Counted from the stretch's first letter, positions 9,381 through 19,462 are shown. The stretch: 64,000 bases of DNA from Candidatus Micrarchaeota archaeon (GCA_043827025.1 JBDRPL010000006.1:14204-78203); one strand, 5' to 3'. The notes: generated by a model from the letters alone, not told the origin. Made by a program: numbers and translations.

Positions 9381-10115
9381 ATGAAAAAACTAATAATTAT
9401 GGGATTGATCTGTTTTGCCTTGCTCTTTGGGTGCACTGGCAATCAGACAGGCACGGACCCTCTAATGAAACCTGCTGACACAACAAAGCCAGCAGATACT
9501 TTCAAACCTGTTGACACTACTAAACCTGTTGATACTGCCAAGCCTTCTGACACAGGAGATGCCATTCCAAAAACACTTTCTGCAACCGAGGTTGCGACGA
9601 ATTTCTTCAATAATGGGAAGGTTGCATCATGGAAGGTCACATATGAATTTGTTTCAGGTTCTCAATCATACGTCATGGTCCAATACAAGCGAGGGGGAAG
9701 TGATATGAGGACTGATCTCTCAATGCAGGGAACTGAATCAAGAGTTTACTTTCTTTCAGACATTTTATACTCGTGCAATAAACAAGGTGAAACATGGGTC
9801 TGTTATTCCATGGCAGGATTCGAAAGCGAAGATACCTTTTCAAAAGCAGTTGCAACATTACCACGCTATATGATAACCGAACTGCCGAGCATGCAACTTG
9901 CAGGTGTTGATGCAAAATGCTACAATCTGAAGGATGCTGATGGGTTGGAGATGGATTATTGTTTCTCTCCTGAGGGAGTGCCTCTTTACATAAGGACAGG
10001 TGCAACATCGCAGCTTCCCGAGGTAGTTGTAAAGGCAACCTCCTACAGCGCGCAGGTTACAGATGCTGATTTCCAGCTTCCTGCTGAACCTCAGAATATG
10101 GAAGATCTCTACTAA
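9381..10115 (+). CDS. Lipoprotein with KPxDTx repeat linker and a LolA-like/beta-rich domain
   Basis: Lipobox LLFG-C; GGTGA RBS; paired Cys residues; C-terminal VTDADFQLP. Confidence 0.75.
   Translation: MKKLIIMGLICFALLFGCTGNQTGTDPLMKPADTTKPADTFKPVDTTKPVDTAKPSDTGDAIPKTLSATEVATNFFNNGKVASWKVTYEFVSGSQSYVMVQYKRGGSDMRTDLSMQGTESRVYFLSDILYSCNKQGETWVCYSMAGFESEDTFSKAVATLPRYMITELPSMQLAGVDAKCYNLKDADGLEMDYCFSPEGVPLYIRTGATSQLPEVVVKATSYSAQVTDADFQLPAEPQNMEDLY
9468..9557 (+). repeat. Five degenerate 18-bp tandem coding repeats (KP[A/V/S]DTx)
   Basis: aaacctgctgacacaaca / aagccagcagatactttc / aaacctgttgacactact / aaacctgttgatactgcc / aagccttctgacacagga. Confidence 0.9.
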
Positions 10116-10142
10116 TTTTTTTATTTTCTTTTTTTAATTTTT
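10114..10142 (+). terminator. Oligo-T archaeal terminator
   Basis: Long T tracts immediately after the stop codon. Confidence 0.55.
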
Positions 10143-10158
10143 GAATCCGAGTGATTTT

Positions 10159-10746
10159 ATGACTGAGTACAAAACATTGGAAAATCTGGCAAAGGCATTC
10201 ATTGGAGAGAGTATGGCTAGGAATCGTTATACTATGTATGCAGGAATTGCCAGAAAAGAAGGGTATCAACAGATTGGCGATTTGTTCATAGTTACTGCTG
10301 AAAATGAATTTGAGCATGCGGAATGGAACATGAGGATGCTGAACTCAGTCATGGAAAAAACAGGCAAAAAAATCGAATTGAAAGTTGATTCTGATGTTTC
10401 TCATGTAGTGAAAACAACTGTTGAAAATCTTGCGTCTGCAATAGAGGGGGAAAATTATGAAACTACTAAAATGTATCCTGGATTTGCAGATGTTGCGCAG
10501 AATGAGGGGTTTGCAGATGTTGCAGCAAGGCTTCGTGCAATAGGAAGGGCAGAAGCACACCATGAAGAACGCTACACTAAGCTCATCGAACAAGTCAAAG
10601 CAGGCACTGTGTTCAAGAAATCTGAAAATGTGCAATGGGTCTGTTCAAAATGTGGCTATGCTCACGATGGTCTGACACCTCCATTAAAGTGTCCTGCGTG
10701 TGATCATGATCGTTCATATTACATGCTTAAATGTGAAAAATATTAG
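10159..10746 (+). CDS. rbr: Rubrerythrin
   Basis: AFIGESMARNRY, ENEFEHA, EAHH diiron motifs; C-terminal CxxC...CPAC rubredoxin domain. Confidence 0.96.
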   Translation: MTEYKTLENLAKAFIGESMARNRYTMYAGIARKEGYQQIGDLFIVTAENEFEHAEWNMRMLNSVMEKTGKKIELKVDSDVSHVVKTTVENLASAIEGENYETTKMYPGFADVAQNEGFADVAARLRAIGRAEAHHEERYTKLIEQVKAGTVFKKSENVQWVCSKCGYAHDGLTPPLKCPACDHDRSYYMLKCEKY

Positions 10747-10810
10747 AGGTGGGTGTTTGCTTGGGCAGGAATTCCCTGCAAATTGCGCCTATCTCTAATT
10801 CAGTTTTATA

Positions 10811-10825
10811 GAAAAACTTTTTAAG
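10811..10825 (+). promoter_or_regulatory. BRE + TATA box of a probably leaderless gene
   Basis: gaaaaac-TTTTTAAG about 22 nt upstream of ATG 10847, no RBS. Confidence 0.6.
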
Positions 10826-10846
10826 TCTCTATTTTCATATCATATC

Positions 10847-11272
10847 ATGTTTGAAGTATTCGATCTTCCTGTGGTGCGCCTTATTATAGCAGCCCTTGCA
10901 GGGCTTTTTATTGGGTTTACGCGAAGGAGGATGAATGTGGGTGGAAGGACATTTGCCCTTATTGCACTTGGTTCTGCGATTTTTACTATTGTTTCAGTTG
11001 AGACTGCGATTTATGCTGTTGAGGGAGGGCTCGTACCTACAGCTGACCCTACCAGAGTTATTGCCCAGATCGTTTCAGGAATTGGTTTCCTTGGCGTTGG
11101 AGTTATCTGGAAATCAAATGCGAGGGTTGGTGGATTGACAACCGCAGCAACAATCTGGGTCACAGCAGGCCTTGGAATACTTGCAGGCTTGGCGATGTGG
11201 GACCTTCTGCTTGCCTCGTTTGTGATATCCTTGCTTACACTTCATTCAAAACATGCATTGAAAGAAGACTAA
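10847..11272 (+). CDS. MgtC/SapB family membrane protein
   Basis: GGRTFALI, DPTRVIAQIVSGIGFLGVG, GLTTAATIW. Confidence 0.93.
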   Translation: MFEVFDLPVVRLIIAALAGLFIGFTRRRMNVGGRTFALIALGSAIFTIVSVETAIYAVEGGLVPTADPTRVIAQIVSGIGFLGVGVIWKSNARVGGLTTAATIWVTAGLGILAGLAMWDLLLASFVISLLTLHSKHALKED

Positions 11273-11306
11273 TCTTCAGCCAATAATTAGTTCTCCTGCG
11301 TTTTCG

Positions 11307-12173
11307 CTATTTCAATTCCTCGCACAACTCAGTTATATCCACATCCAACGAAGAATCTACCAATTCCTTTCCTTTCATCTGCGGAAGCTGGTCGTCATAT
11401 GTTGGCCTTAGCTCTTTATAGAATACTCCAACAGGCACCTTTGCATAATTAGTTTTCTGGTCTTCATATGCTATTTCCAATGCCTTCATCTTGTCTTTCG
11501 GAGTATAGCCTGCCTGTTGCAGGTCATAGATTCTTTCCTTGAACCATTGGTAGGAATTATGTTTATTGAAAGTAACGCATGGTTGGAAAACATCCACAAG
11601 TGCAAATCCCTTATGTTCAATTGCCTGCTTCATTATTGATTTCATATGAACAGGATCTCCTGCGAATGTTCTTGAAACGAATGTGGCCCCATTCACAATT
11701 GCATTTGCAATTGGATTGAACTGCACTTCGATTGAGCCAAAAGGCGTTGATTTTGTTTTCATTCCTTTTTTAGTAGTTGGCGATGCTTGGCCAGTTGTCA
11801 GGCCATATATCTCATTATTATGCACAATGTAGGTCAGGTCATAATTCCTTCTTGCGATGTGGATGAAATGCTGCACTCCTTCGCCATAACCATCCCCGTC
11901 CCCACCCATTGCAACAACAGTCAATCTCCTGTTTGCCATTTTTATTGCAGAAGCAAGAGGGAGGGGCCTTCCATGGATTCCTTCATATCCATATGTGTTA
12001 ATGTAGTGTGGGATCTTTGAAGAACATCCTATCCCTGAAACTATTACTGTGTCTTTTCTTTCTAGGTCAAGTTCGCTTAAAGCGCTTTTTATCCCCGTCA
12101 AAATACCATAATCCCCACATCCTGGACACCATTGGGGTTTTTCTTTTGTTGCAAATTCTTGTAATGCTGCCAT
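11307..12173 (-). CDS. korB: 2-oxoacid:ferredoxin oxidoreductase beta subunit
   Basis: WCPGCGD, SGIGCS, HGR, GGDGD, YGLTTGQASPT, QPCVTFN. Confidence 0.95.
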   Translation of the reverse strand: MAALQEFATKEKPQWCPGCGDYGILTGIKSALSELDLERKDTVIVSGIGCSSKIPHYINTYGYEGIHGRPLPLASAIKMANRRLTVVAMGGDGDGYGEGVQHFIHIARRNYDLTYIVHNNEIYGLTTGQASPTTKKGMKTKSTPFGSIEVQFNPIANAIVNGATFVSRTFAGDPVHMKSIMKQAIEHKGFALVDVFQPCVTFNKHNSYQWFKERIYDLQQAGYTPKDKMKALEIAYEDQKTNYAKVPVGVFYKELRPTYDDQLPQMKGKELVDSSLDVDITELCEELK

Positions 12174-12178
12174 TCCAA

Positions 12179-13993
12179 TCACTTCTGTTCCTTTGAATAC
12201 TTATCAGGACTGTAATACTCATAGTCCTCTTCCCTTATTACTATCCGCTTTTCTCCCTTGAATTTAGCCTTTTTCAACTTCTTGATCTCTTCCACAATCT
12301 CTTCTGCGAAGATTGGCCTTCCATCGTATCTTAAGATACAAAAGCCAGGCTCCCAGCCAGTTTCTTCCTTTAATACTCCTGCGAACTGCGCATTGTGGTT
12401 ATTCTCAATCATCACTGTTACTTTTGATTTTGAAAGCAAGGCAAGGATTTTTTTCTGATCCAGGGGGCATACATAAGTAAATACTATTGCATTTGCCTTT
12501 ATGCCTTCTTTTTCAAGCAACCCCAATGAGTCAAGCACGGGGAGTTTATGCGATCCCCACGTCACCAATGTTATTTCAGCATCCTTTGCCCCATAAACCT
12601 TTGGCAATGGAATATCTTTCAACAAGTCCTTTATTTTTTTGTCATTTCTTTTCTCGACCATCTTTGACCTTGTCATGAAGTCTTCAGTAGTCTCTCCTGT
12701 TTCACCATGCTCATATGAGCTTGCAACATGCATTCCATTTGGCTCGCCAGGGAATGACCTTGGCGAAATCCCATTATCTGTGAACATATATCGTTTGAAT
12801 CTCTTGCCAGCCTCAAGCTGTGGCAAACCATTTGCAATCTTTCCCCTTTCTATTTTGACATTAGTTTGGTCTATGTCTGCTGAGAATTGGCTTTCTGCAA
12901 GGAATTTATCAGATAAGAGAATCACTGGAATCTGGTATTTTTCTGCAAGGTTGAAGCACTCTGCAGTAAGGTAGAATGATTCTTCAACATCTCCCGGTGC
13001 AATCACAACCCTAAGGAAGCTTCCCTGGGATGAGTGGAGTGCAAACCTCAGGTCTGCCTGTTCTGTCCAGGTTGGCAGTCCTGTGCTTGGTCCGCCTCTT
13101 TGTGAAAGATAAACTACCAGTGGTGTTTCTGCAATCGCTGACATGCCTATGGTTTCAGTCATCAGTGCAAATCCCCCTCCAGAGGTCCCTGTCATGGCCC
13201 TTACTCCTGCATAGGCTGCACCTATTGCATAATTGACAGCAGATATTTCATCTTCGGTATGTTTCACAAAGATATCTGCCTTTCTTTCATTTACTGCAAG
13301 ATAATGAAGGACATTGGACGCAGGCGTCATTGGATAGGCAGCATAGATTTTCATACCCGCCTTTATTGCTCCAAGTGCAATTGCTTCGTTTCCTGCGAGA
13401 AACATCTTCCTGTTTTTTGAAATTGGCTTGACATCTTTCACGAGTTCATGCTTTGTCGCATTTATGAAATCAAGGCCTGCCTTTGCAACATCCAGGTTCT
13501 TTTTGACGATTTCATCACCTTTTCTTGAGAATTCATCTGTAAGAACCTGTTTGAGCATTTCAAAAGGATAGTCAACAAGTCCAAGTGTTGCGCCCATTGC
13601 AATGACATTTTTCATCATTGGCTCTGCACCCAAATCAGTTATTATTTTTGTGAATGGAATTGCATAGAGTTTGACATCCTTTCGTACATCAAGGCCTGCC
13701 AAATCAATGTTTGCATCATAAATCAATGCCCCATTTTTATTTATCTTGTCTTTATGGAAAAGCACTGCATCCTTGTTCAGTGCAACAACTATATCCACTG
13801 TCTTTCTTGGGCAATATATCTGTTTGTCTGAAACGTCGATTTGATATACGTTATGCCCTCCTCTGATAAGCGAAGGGTATTCAGGATAACCTACTACATT
13901 CAGGCCGCCTCTTGTGAAGAGCTTGCCCATCGTCCTTCCAGTGACAAACACACCGTCTCCGGCAGTTGCACCTATTTTCCATGTGAATTCCAT
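12179..13993 (-). CDS. korA: 2-oxoacid:ferredoxin oxidoreductase alpha subunit (gamma-alpha fused)
   Basis: YPSLIRGGHN, YPMTPAS, EDEISA, TSGGGF, QRGGPSTGLPT. Confidence 0.95.
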   Translation of the reverse strand: MEFTWKIGATAGDGVFVTGRTMGKLFTRGGLNVVGYPEYPSLIRGGHNVYQIDVSDKQIYCPRKTVDIVVALNKDAVLFHKDKINKNGALIYDANIDLAGLDVRKDVKLYAIPFTKIITDLGAEPMMKNVIAMGATLGLVDYPFEMLKQVLTDEFSRKGDEIVKKNLDVAKAGLDFINATKHELVKDVKPISKNRKMFLAGNEAIALGAIKAGMKIYAAYPMTPASNVLHYLAVNERKADIFVKHTEDEISAVNYAIGAAYAGVRAMTGTSGGGFALMTETIGMSAIAETPLVVYLSQRGGPSTGLPTWTEQADLRFALHSSQGSFLRVVIAPGDVEESFYLTAECFNLAEKYQIPVILLSDKFLAESQFSADIDQTNVKIERGKIANGLPQLEAGKRFKRYMFTDNGISPRSFPGEPNGMHVASSYEHGETGETTEDFMTRSKMVEKRNDKKIKDLLKDIPLPKVYGAKDAEITLVTWGSHKLPVLDSLGLLEKEGIKANAIVFTYVCPLDQKKILALLSKSKVTVMIENNHNAQFAGVLKEETGWEPGFCILRYDGRPIFAEEIVEEIKKLKKAKFKGEKRIVIREEDYEYYSPDKYSKEQK

Positions 13994-14126
13994 TTCATGA
14001 CCTCGATAATATGTAATAACCTGTATCTTGTGCCTTAATCAAGGTTCTAGAATTAGCAACTAAGCATTTAAAAACTATCTAAGAGGCATTCGACGTTAGA
14101 CGAACATTCCTTATTTCTCTATAAAA

Positions 14127-15335
14127 TTACCAATAGTTTGCTGTTTCTATGTATTTTTCGATCCAGTCGGCAACTGATTTCCCTTTACTGCTCCTAAGCC
14201 TTTTAACTTCTTTGATTGCCCATATCACATCTGCAGTATCTTTTCCATCTCTTAAAATGTCCAGGCATTTTTTGCCAAGCTCCCATAGCTTTACTCTAAG
14301 TCCGGGTATGCTGTTGATTGTTTCAAGTAGAAGCACTATCTGTGGAATATTGAGTTTTGCATTCATCAGTTCTTTTTCTGCAGATGCTCTTTTATACGGG
14401 TCTGCCAATTGGTCTTGTAGTATAAGGAAGGCGTCATGAGTTATCCTTTCTGCCTCTGGTTTTTTTTCAGTAGGTTCTGCCTGAGCCTGCTCTGCCATAT
14501 TTGAATTGCTGGATTGCAACATTGCCAGCACCTTATCAATAAATCTTCTTTCCAGAGGTGGGGGGGTTGAAGTCAAATGATATCTCAATACGTCACATAC
14601 GGCCTCTGCAGTTTCTTTATCAATTGGTTTTCCATTAATTGTTGCAATTCTTTGTGAAGGGATAATCAGAACCTTATTCATATCTTTAGGGTCTCCAATT
14701 GTTATTATTGCTTCAAAAGGACTCAAAACCCCTTCCAGGTCCAAACCTTCAAGCCTTACACTTCCTTTTGATGCTTCTTTGACTCCTCTTTCTATTTGCT
14801 GCATAAGCCTTCTATTTTTTCCATTGAGAAAAGCAATTTCTTGGTTAAGATCACCAACTTTAGGACATTGTTCTCCAAGACATTCTTTTTCAGTTGTTTT
14901 AGGATATCCATTTTTCAGTAGAAATTTTGCTATCCTTGCCTCTAAAAATCTTATTGTACGTTTTGCTAAACCACTTACATATGAGCTTTGGTGGTAGCGG
15001 ATCCTGTCATTGTTTAGGAATCTTAGCCCAGTTATTAGCTCCTGGATTTCTGCGTCCCTTGGTTCTTCGTCTTTGCTATGTACGATCACACGTCCCTTGC
15101 ATGGTTCAACGCTGGAATCATATGATTCTAATTCTAAGACTCTTTTTTCATGAATTTGTATGGATGTTGTTGTTGTACGGTTATCCCACCAAATTTCCCC
15201 CATTTTACGTGCAGGAAGCGTATCTGGAGGTAATTTTGCATTTGATCCAGGAGTTAAGCTGGTACTGGTTGTCTTGGGGGAAGTTGGCCCAAGTCCTTGT
15301 TTTGCTGGAAGTGCTTTTTGTTGTTGCGATGCCAT
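14127..15335 (-). CDS. Hypothetical protein (orphan, low-complexity N-terminus)
   Basis: 402-aa ORF, divergent from the next gene across a shared TATA; no motif recognised. Confidence 0.7.
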   Translation of the reverse strand: MASQQQKALPAKQGLGPTSPKTTSTSLTPGSNAKLPPDTLPARKMGEIWWDNRTTTTSIQIHEKRVLELESYDSSVEPCKGRVIVHSKDEEPRDAEIQELITGLRFLNNDRIRYHQSSYVSGLAKRTIRFLEARIAKFLLKNGYPKTTEKECLGEQCPKVGDLNQEIAFLNGKNRRLMQQIERGVKEASKGSVRLEGLDLEGVLSPFEAIITIGDPKDMNKVLIIPSQRIATINGKPIDKETAEAVCDVLRYHLTSTPPPLERRFIDKVLAMLQSSNSNMAEQAQAEPTEKKPEAERITHDAFLILQDQLADPYKRASAEKELMNAKLNIPQIVLLLETINSIPGLRVKLWELGKKCLDILRDGKDTADVIWAIKEVKRLRSSKGKSVADWIEKYIETANYW

Positions 15336-15367
15336 ATTAACACTAATATATAATCATAACCACAATG

Positions 15368-15375
15368 TTTTTAAA
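15368..15375. promoter_or_regulatory. Candidate bidirectional TATA box
   Basis: TTTTTAAA in a 62-nt gap between divergent ATGs at 15335 and 15398. Confidence 0.5.
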
Positions 15376-15397
15376 GACTTTCGTGCTGAGGTTAAGT

Positions 15398-16771
15398 ATG
15401 TGCGCACGAGTCATTAGCTTGGCTGACCGCCTTCATGCAAGGGCCAGCAGAGGCCAAAGGGCGCCGCTTGACAGGTCTGATTTTCTTCATCGTGTCGTTT
15501 TAGATGAATACTCTGCATTTCAACCCTGTGATCATCCTCAGAGGCTTATGCCTGTTCATGCATTTGAACCTGGAAATGCAAGACAGGTGGTTTCAAGACT
15601 TTCCAATCTTCCAGAGGGTCTGCCAAATGTTTTTACCGGTGGGCAAAGCATACAGAGGTTTAGCGGGGAAGTCAGAAGCCTGGCAGCCAGGAACCGTTCT
15701 GATTTCCTGACTGAGTTGGCCGAACTTTATCGTGTTGGTGAAGTAAGTTCTCCATTTATAATCTCGTCAACTACTGATGTTCTTAATTTTAGGTTCCAGA
15801 TGGAGCTTAATGGAATACAAAATGCAGAAGAGCTTGTAACTACAAGAAGGCGTCCTTTTGACGGCTCGATACTAACAAGTCCTGTGGAATTGGCAATAAT
15901 TGCTTGTGCTGTTGCACGGATGGCGAATTATGATGCGTTTCTTGCAAAACTCGATGTTGGTTACATACGATATGCTTTTGATGGCACTGAGCCGCATTAC
16001 ATGTTCCACGTTCAACCAGTGCTTGGGGTTTGTTTCATAGACCATGAGGGCATTGTTCAAACTTATCTTCCGGCAATTCCACGAATTGAGATGGATCAAG
16101 TAACTCCTGTTTTTGATGACGGTGGGGAGTTTCAAGGGTTTCAGGAAAAAATAACACAATATTCAGATTTCATAAGCCCACATACTCATTTGCCTGTTGG
16201 GGCATTTGAAATACTCTCTGATTGCGCAGCATTTGCAATTGCAAACATCTCGCAGTCAGACCTTAACAAGTTCCTTCTCACTGTTGATCTTGAGAGGTCT
16301 GGAGGTATCAGGCATCCTGTCTTTAACAGGCAAGGCATGCCTTTCGAAACGATGCTGCAGAGATTCAGGGACGAAGTCATGAAACCGTTGAAAGACAGCC
16401 TTTATCTCCTGCCTGAATTCGATTCACTTCAGGAAACTTTGGTTTCTCATCTTAATGAGGTCATGAGTGCATATTTCCATCGCTTTACTGTTACAAGGAC
16501 TTCCGAGTTGTTGAAACTGCTTTTCGAAACAGTTCGTGTTGGATTCGAGGCAATGGAACAACCTGCTGCCCTTTCTGAGACTGTAAAACAGATGCACACT
16601 ACTATTCGTATTAATACCCTGCAACGTGGAAGGCCTCGGGATTTCATTCTTTTTGATGGCACAATCAGGAATGCTTTAAGCGAACATTTCCCGGAATATG
16701 ATACTGGCAAATACATGAAGGAGATGCTTGGTGTTGAGATTCAAAAACCTGATTTTCATATCGTGAGGTAG
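15398..16771 (+). CDS. Hypothetical protein, possibly a degenerate transglutaminase-like fold
   Basis: ELAIIACAVARMANYDA...H.MFHV...FID resembles the transglutaminase core but lacks the catalytic Cys; start set to ATG 15398, downstream of the TATA. Confidence 0.6.
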   Translation: MCARVISLADRLHARASRGQRAPLDRSDFLHRVVLDEYSAFQPCDHPQRLMPVHAFEPGNARQVVSRLSNLPEGLPNVFTGGQSIQRFSGEVRSLAARNRSDFLTELAELYRVGEVSSPFIISSTTDVLNFRFQMELNGIQNAEELVTTRRRPFDGSILTSPVELAIIACAVARMANYDAFLAKLDVGYIRYAFDGTEPHYMFHVQPVLGVCFIDHEGIVQTYLPAIPRIEMDQVTPVFDDGGEFQGFQEKITQYSDFISPHTHLPVGAFEILSDCAAFAIANISQSDLNKFLLTVDLERSGGIRHPVFNRQGMPFETMLQRFRDEVMKPLKDSLYLLPEFDSLQETLVSHLNEVMSAYFHRFTVTRTSELLKLLFETVRVGFEAMEQPAALSETVKQMHTTIRINTLQRGRPRDFILFDGTIRNALSEHFPEYDTGKYMKEMLGVEIQKPDFHIVR

Positions 16772-16778
16772 ATTCATC

Positions 16779-17720
16779 ATGTATTCTCCCCAATTACACG
16801 TTCCAACAGTTTTCGATTTAAGATTGCGAATGTTCGGAGTAACTCTTGCATGTAATCATGGTTGCAGCAAATGCCTTACGGATGCAAAGCCGAATGGCGA
16901 ACAGATGCCTTTTGAATTGATTTCAAGGATTCTCGATTCAGGCATGAAACTTTACGACCATGGCATTTCATTGAGTTTTGGAGAACCACTTCTTTACCTG
17001 CAAGGTGAAAAAGACCTTGGAGATGTTGTCAAATTGTTCGCACTCAGGACGCATCACATTGGAATTCTCACAGGAGGTATATGTTTTGATGCTGATTCTA
17101 GCATGGAAAATGCTCTTAGAAAACTCGAAAGATTCAAGCATAAACTTTCATTTACTGTAAGTTTTGACTTTATTGAGAAGAATGAATGGTATGCCTGTCT
17201 TCTTGCCAACAAGACAATCCAAATTCTTCTTGGACATGGGTTCAAGGTTGAACATCTGCAGTCCTGCTATGTGCAGGGAGACCAGAATATGAAAGCAAGG
17301 ACAAAGTTTCTTACAGAGCAGTTGATTATTGATAATAGATTACGCGGATCATGCGATTATCTTCTTTCCGAAGCTTCAGCAATAGGCAGGGCAAGAAATG
17401 TTTCTGGAGTTCGTGAAAAATCGCTTCAGGAACATAACGATGATGATTGCGATGCAATGGGTATCTGTCAGTTGGATACTGAAAGAAAACTAGGAGTTTT
17501 GCCTAATGGGGACCTTACGCCCTGTGTGACTAACTTTGCCTCTAATATCCTGCCTTTTGGCAATATTCAAAAGGATTCCCCAGCTCAGCTTCAAATTAAA
17601 TACAAGGAATACGTAGCAGAGCTTCAGAAGCTCAGAAGAGAAGGCGATCCAAACAGAAAGCTTTGTTATCTGCACATGGAACGAGATATGAAGGCAAAAT
17701 CAATACGCAGGCACTGCTAA
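16779..17720 (+). CDS. Radical SAM protein with SPASM/Twitch-like C-terminus
   Basis: CNHGCSKC (Cx3Cx2C), GEPLL, IGRA, GVLPNGDLTPC...FGNI. Confidence 0.88.
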   Translation: MYSPQLHVPTVFDLRLRMFGVTLACNHGCSKCLTDAKPNGEQMPFELISRILDSGMKLYDHGISLSFGEPLLYLQGEKDLGDVVKLFALRTHHIGILTGGICFDADSSMENALRKLERFKHKLSFTVSFDFIEKNEWYACLLANKTIQILLGHGFKVEHLQSCYVQGDQNMKARTKFLTEQLIIDNRLRGSCDYLLSEASAIGRARNVSGVREKSLQEHNDDDCDAMGICQLDTERKLGVLPNGDLTPCVTNFASNILPFGNIQKDSPAQLQIKYKEYVAELQKLRREGDPNRKLCYLHMERDMKAKSIRRHC

Positions 17721-18787
17721 TCTAGAAACTCATCCCATATCTTAGTTACAATCAGTTTTTTGCATTCTGCCTTGCATCCAAGCAGTGATGAGAAGTTCGG
17801 TTTCGTTTTATTCCCGTCGCCAGAGATCAATTCTTTTATGTAGGTTCCAGCCTCTGCAGTAATATAAATATCGAACATATTTCGATTCTGATTTTCAACC
17901 TTCAAATCAATTATTTTTCTTTTTCGAATCTTATCTGCTCTTCTATGGGCAACCCTTGTCGGAGTTCTTTGGCCAATCACAGTTCCAACAAGCTCAATTA
18001 TCTTCTTTTCATCCTCTTCTGTAAATTCGCGGTCAAGTTCTACGGTTGCAAGATACTGCTTGTTGAAATGCGAATTGGAAACTAATTCAACACATCCACG
18101 GTCAACGAATCGCAGGTCGGAAATCTCCACCCCATTCACAATTTCTTTCCTTATTCTTCCAAGATCGAGTTTGTGCATCTTAGGACCTTTCATCTCCAAT
18201 ACGAATGCCCTTCCTGCAATATTGGTGACATCGACATCTTCACGGCCAGATGCATGCATATAATATTCACCACAATTCGAATGCTTCTTGAACACTTCAC
18301 CGACTATCTCTTCTATAGAAACATAATTCTTCCCAGTATCACTGCAATCATTGCATCCTTTTCCATTGCATCTCTTGCAGAACCACCTGCTTTGGGAGAT
18401 GCCAGGAATCAGTTTCCTGTATCTTCCGAAAACGAACAAAGGCTCTATTTCCCTAGATGTTTCCATCTTCTTGAAGTCAAAAATATATTTGTTAATCGCA
18501 TTGATTGAATAGTCAGCGCCAGTCTCTTTTATTATATGCGATATTATCTTCCTGTTTAGATAATTTTTCATGCTTTCTGAAAGATGCCTGTCCCATACTT
18601 TCTCTTCGTTGATGAGCCATTTCTTTGGAATGTAGGTTGAAATTGAAAATAAGTCTCCTTTACCAAGTTTTATATCTGCCTTTCGTACAAACTCTTCGAA
18701 TTTGTCTAGCGCATTTCCACAGATGCAGCAGTCTCCACTCTCAAACCTGTTTCCATTTGCAGAATTGCATGTTTTGCACAATCTCAT
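17717..18787 (-). CDS. pus10: tRNA pseudouridine(54/55) synthase Pus10
   Basis: GRYRKL.PGISQ, HASGREDVDV, QRTPTRVAHRRAD, AGTYIKELISGD. Confidence 0.95.
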   Translation of the reverse strand: MRLCKTCNSANGNRFESGDCCICGNALDKFEEFVRKADIKLGKGDLFSISTYIPKKWLINEEKVWDRHLSESMKNYLNRKIISHIIKETGADYSINAINKYIFDFKKMETSREIEPLFVFGRYRKLIPGISQSRWFCKRCNGKGCNDCSDTGKNYVSIEEIVGEVFKKHSNCGEYYMHASGREDVDVTNIAGRAFVLEMKGPKMHKLDLGRIRKEIVNGVEISDLRFVDRGCVELVSNSHFNKQYLATVELDREFTEEDEKKIIELVGTVIGQRTPTRVAHRRADKIRKRKIIDLKVENQNRNMFDIYITAEAGTYIKELISGDGNKTKPNFSSLLGCKAECKKLIVTKIWDEFLD

Positions 18788-18802
18788 CTTCAACCATCAA
18801 AA

Positions 18803-19147
18803 TTATAATCCAATATCCTTACGAGGCTCTGAAGGAAGGTCATTCTTGATTCTATATCCTTCGAGAATAAGCGAAGCTCTTTTCACCTTTGGTTCCCTTG
18901 CACCTAATTTTTTATTTCTCATTTTTTGTAAATATATCCCGAAATCAGCAAGCGTCTGCGATCCGTTTTCCACAAGTTGCCGCATGATGTCCACGACAAG
19001 CCCTTTCCCTTCAACATCATTTCCCCAAACAGTGAGTGCAAGTGAAACCTGGTTTATGAAATGTGTTTTATCAGTTTCGCTCATGCGTTTCCATATCTCT
19101 GCGATTCTTGTTTTTACCTCAGGATCAACATTTTCGAAAATATCCAT
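18803..19147 (-). CDS. Hypothetical protein
   Basis: 114-aa ORF tightly coupled to its neighbours, host-like composition. Confidence 0.7.
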   Translation of the reverse strand: MDIFENVDPEVKTRIAEIWKRMSETDKTHFINQVSLALTVWGNDVEGKGLVVDIMRQLVENGSQTLADFGIYLQKMRNKKLGAREPKVKRASLILEGYRIKNDLPSEPRKDIGL

Positions 19148-19462
19148 TTACACCACCCATTTTACTTTCCCTTGTTCAAGTGCATCCACCAGTTTCGCAA
19201 CATCTTTGATAACTTCCTGTGGGATCTCCAGCTTCTTCCCTTCAATTTCTACAGCAACAGGGACAGCGCCCATGAGATTTTTCTTAGGTTGTTGTTGAAG
19301 AGCTATCTTTTCATAATCTCTAAGTTGTTCATCAAGTGTTTGTTTCGGGTTTCTGGCACCGCCTTTGGTTGCTACTGCTTCAGTTATGAGGTCAGCTATT
19401 TCTCTGAGGATGTTCTTTTCAGTTTTCTTCTTTTCTTCCAGTTTCTGCTGAGGCGCCACCAT
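19148..19462 (-). CDS. Hypothetical protein
   Basis: 104-aa ORF abutting the next gene; TATA-like TTTTAAG upstream. Confidence 0.65.
   Translation of the reverse strand: MVAPQQKLEEKKKTEKNILREIADLITEAVATKGGARNPKQTLDEQLRDYEKIALQQQPKKNLMGAVPVAVEIEGKKLEIPQEVIKDVAKLVDALEQGKVKWVV

Noticed and set aside
9468..9557. CRISPR-like repeat array
   Set aside because: Contiguous in-frame 18-bp coding repeats without spacers; no cas genes in the window
10742..10799. SECIS element interpretation of the hairpin
   Set aside because: No in-frame TGA in rbr or its neighbours, and the archaeal GAA/A internal-loop geometry is not convincingly present
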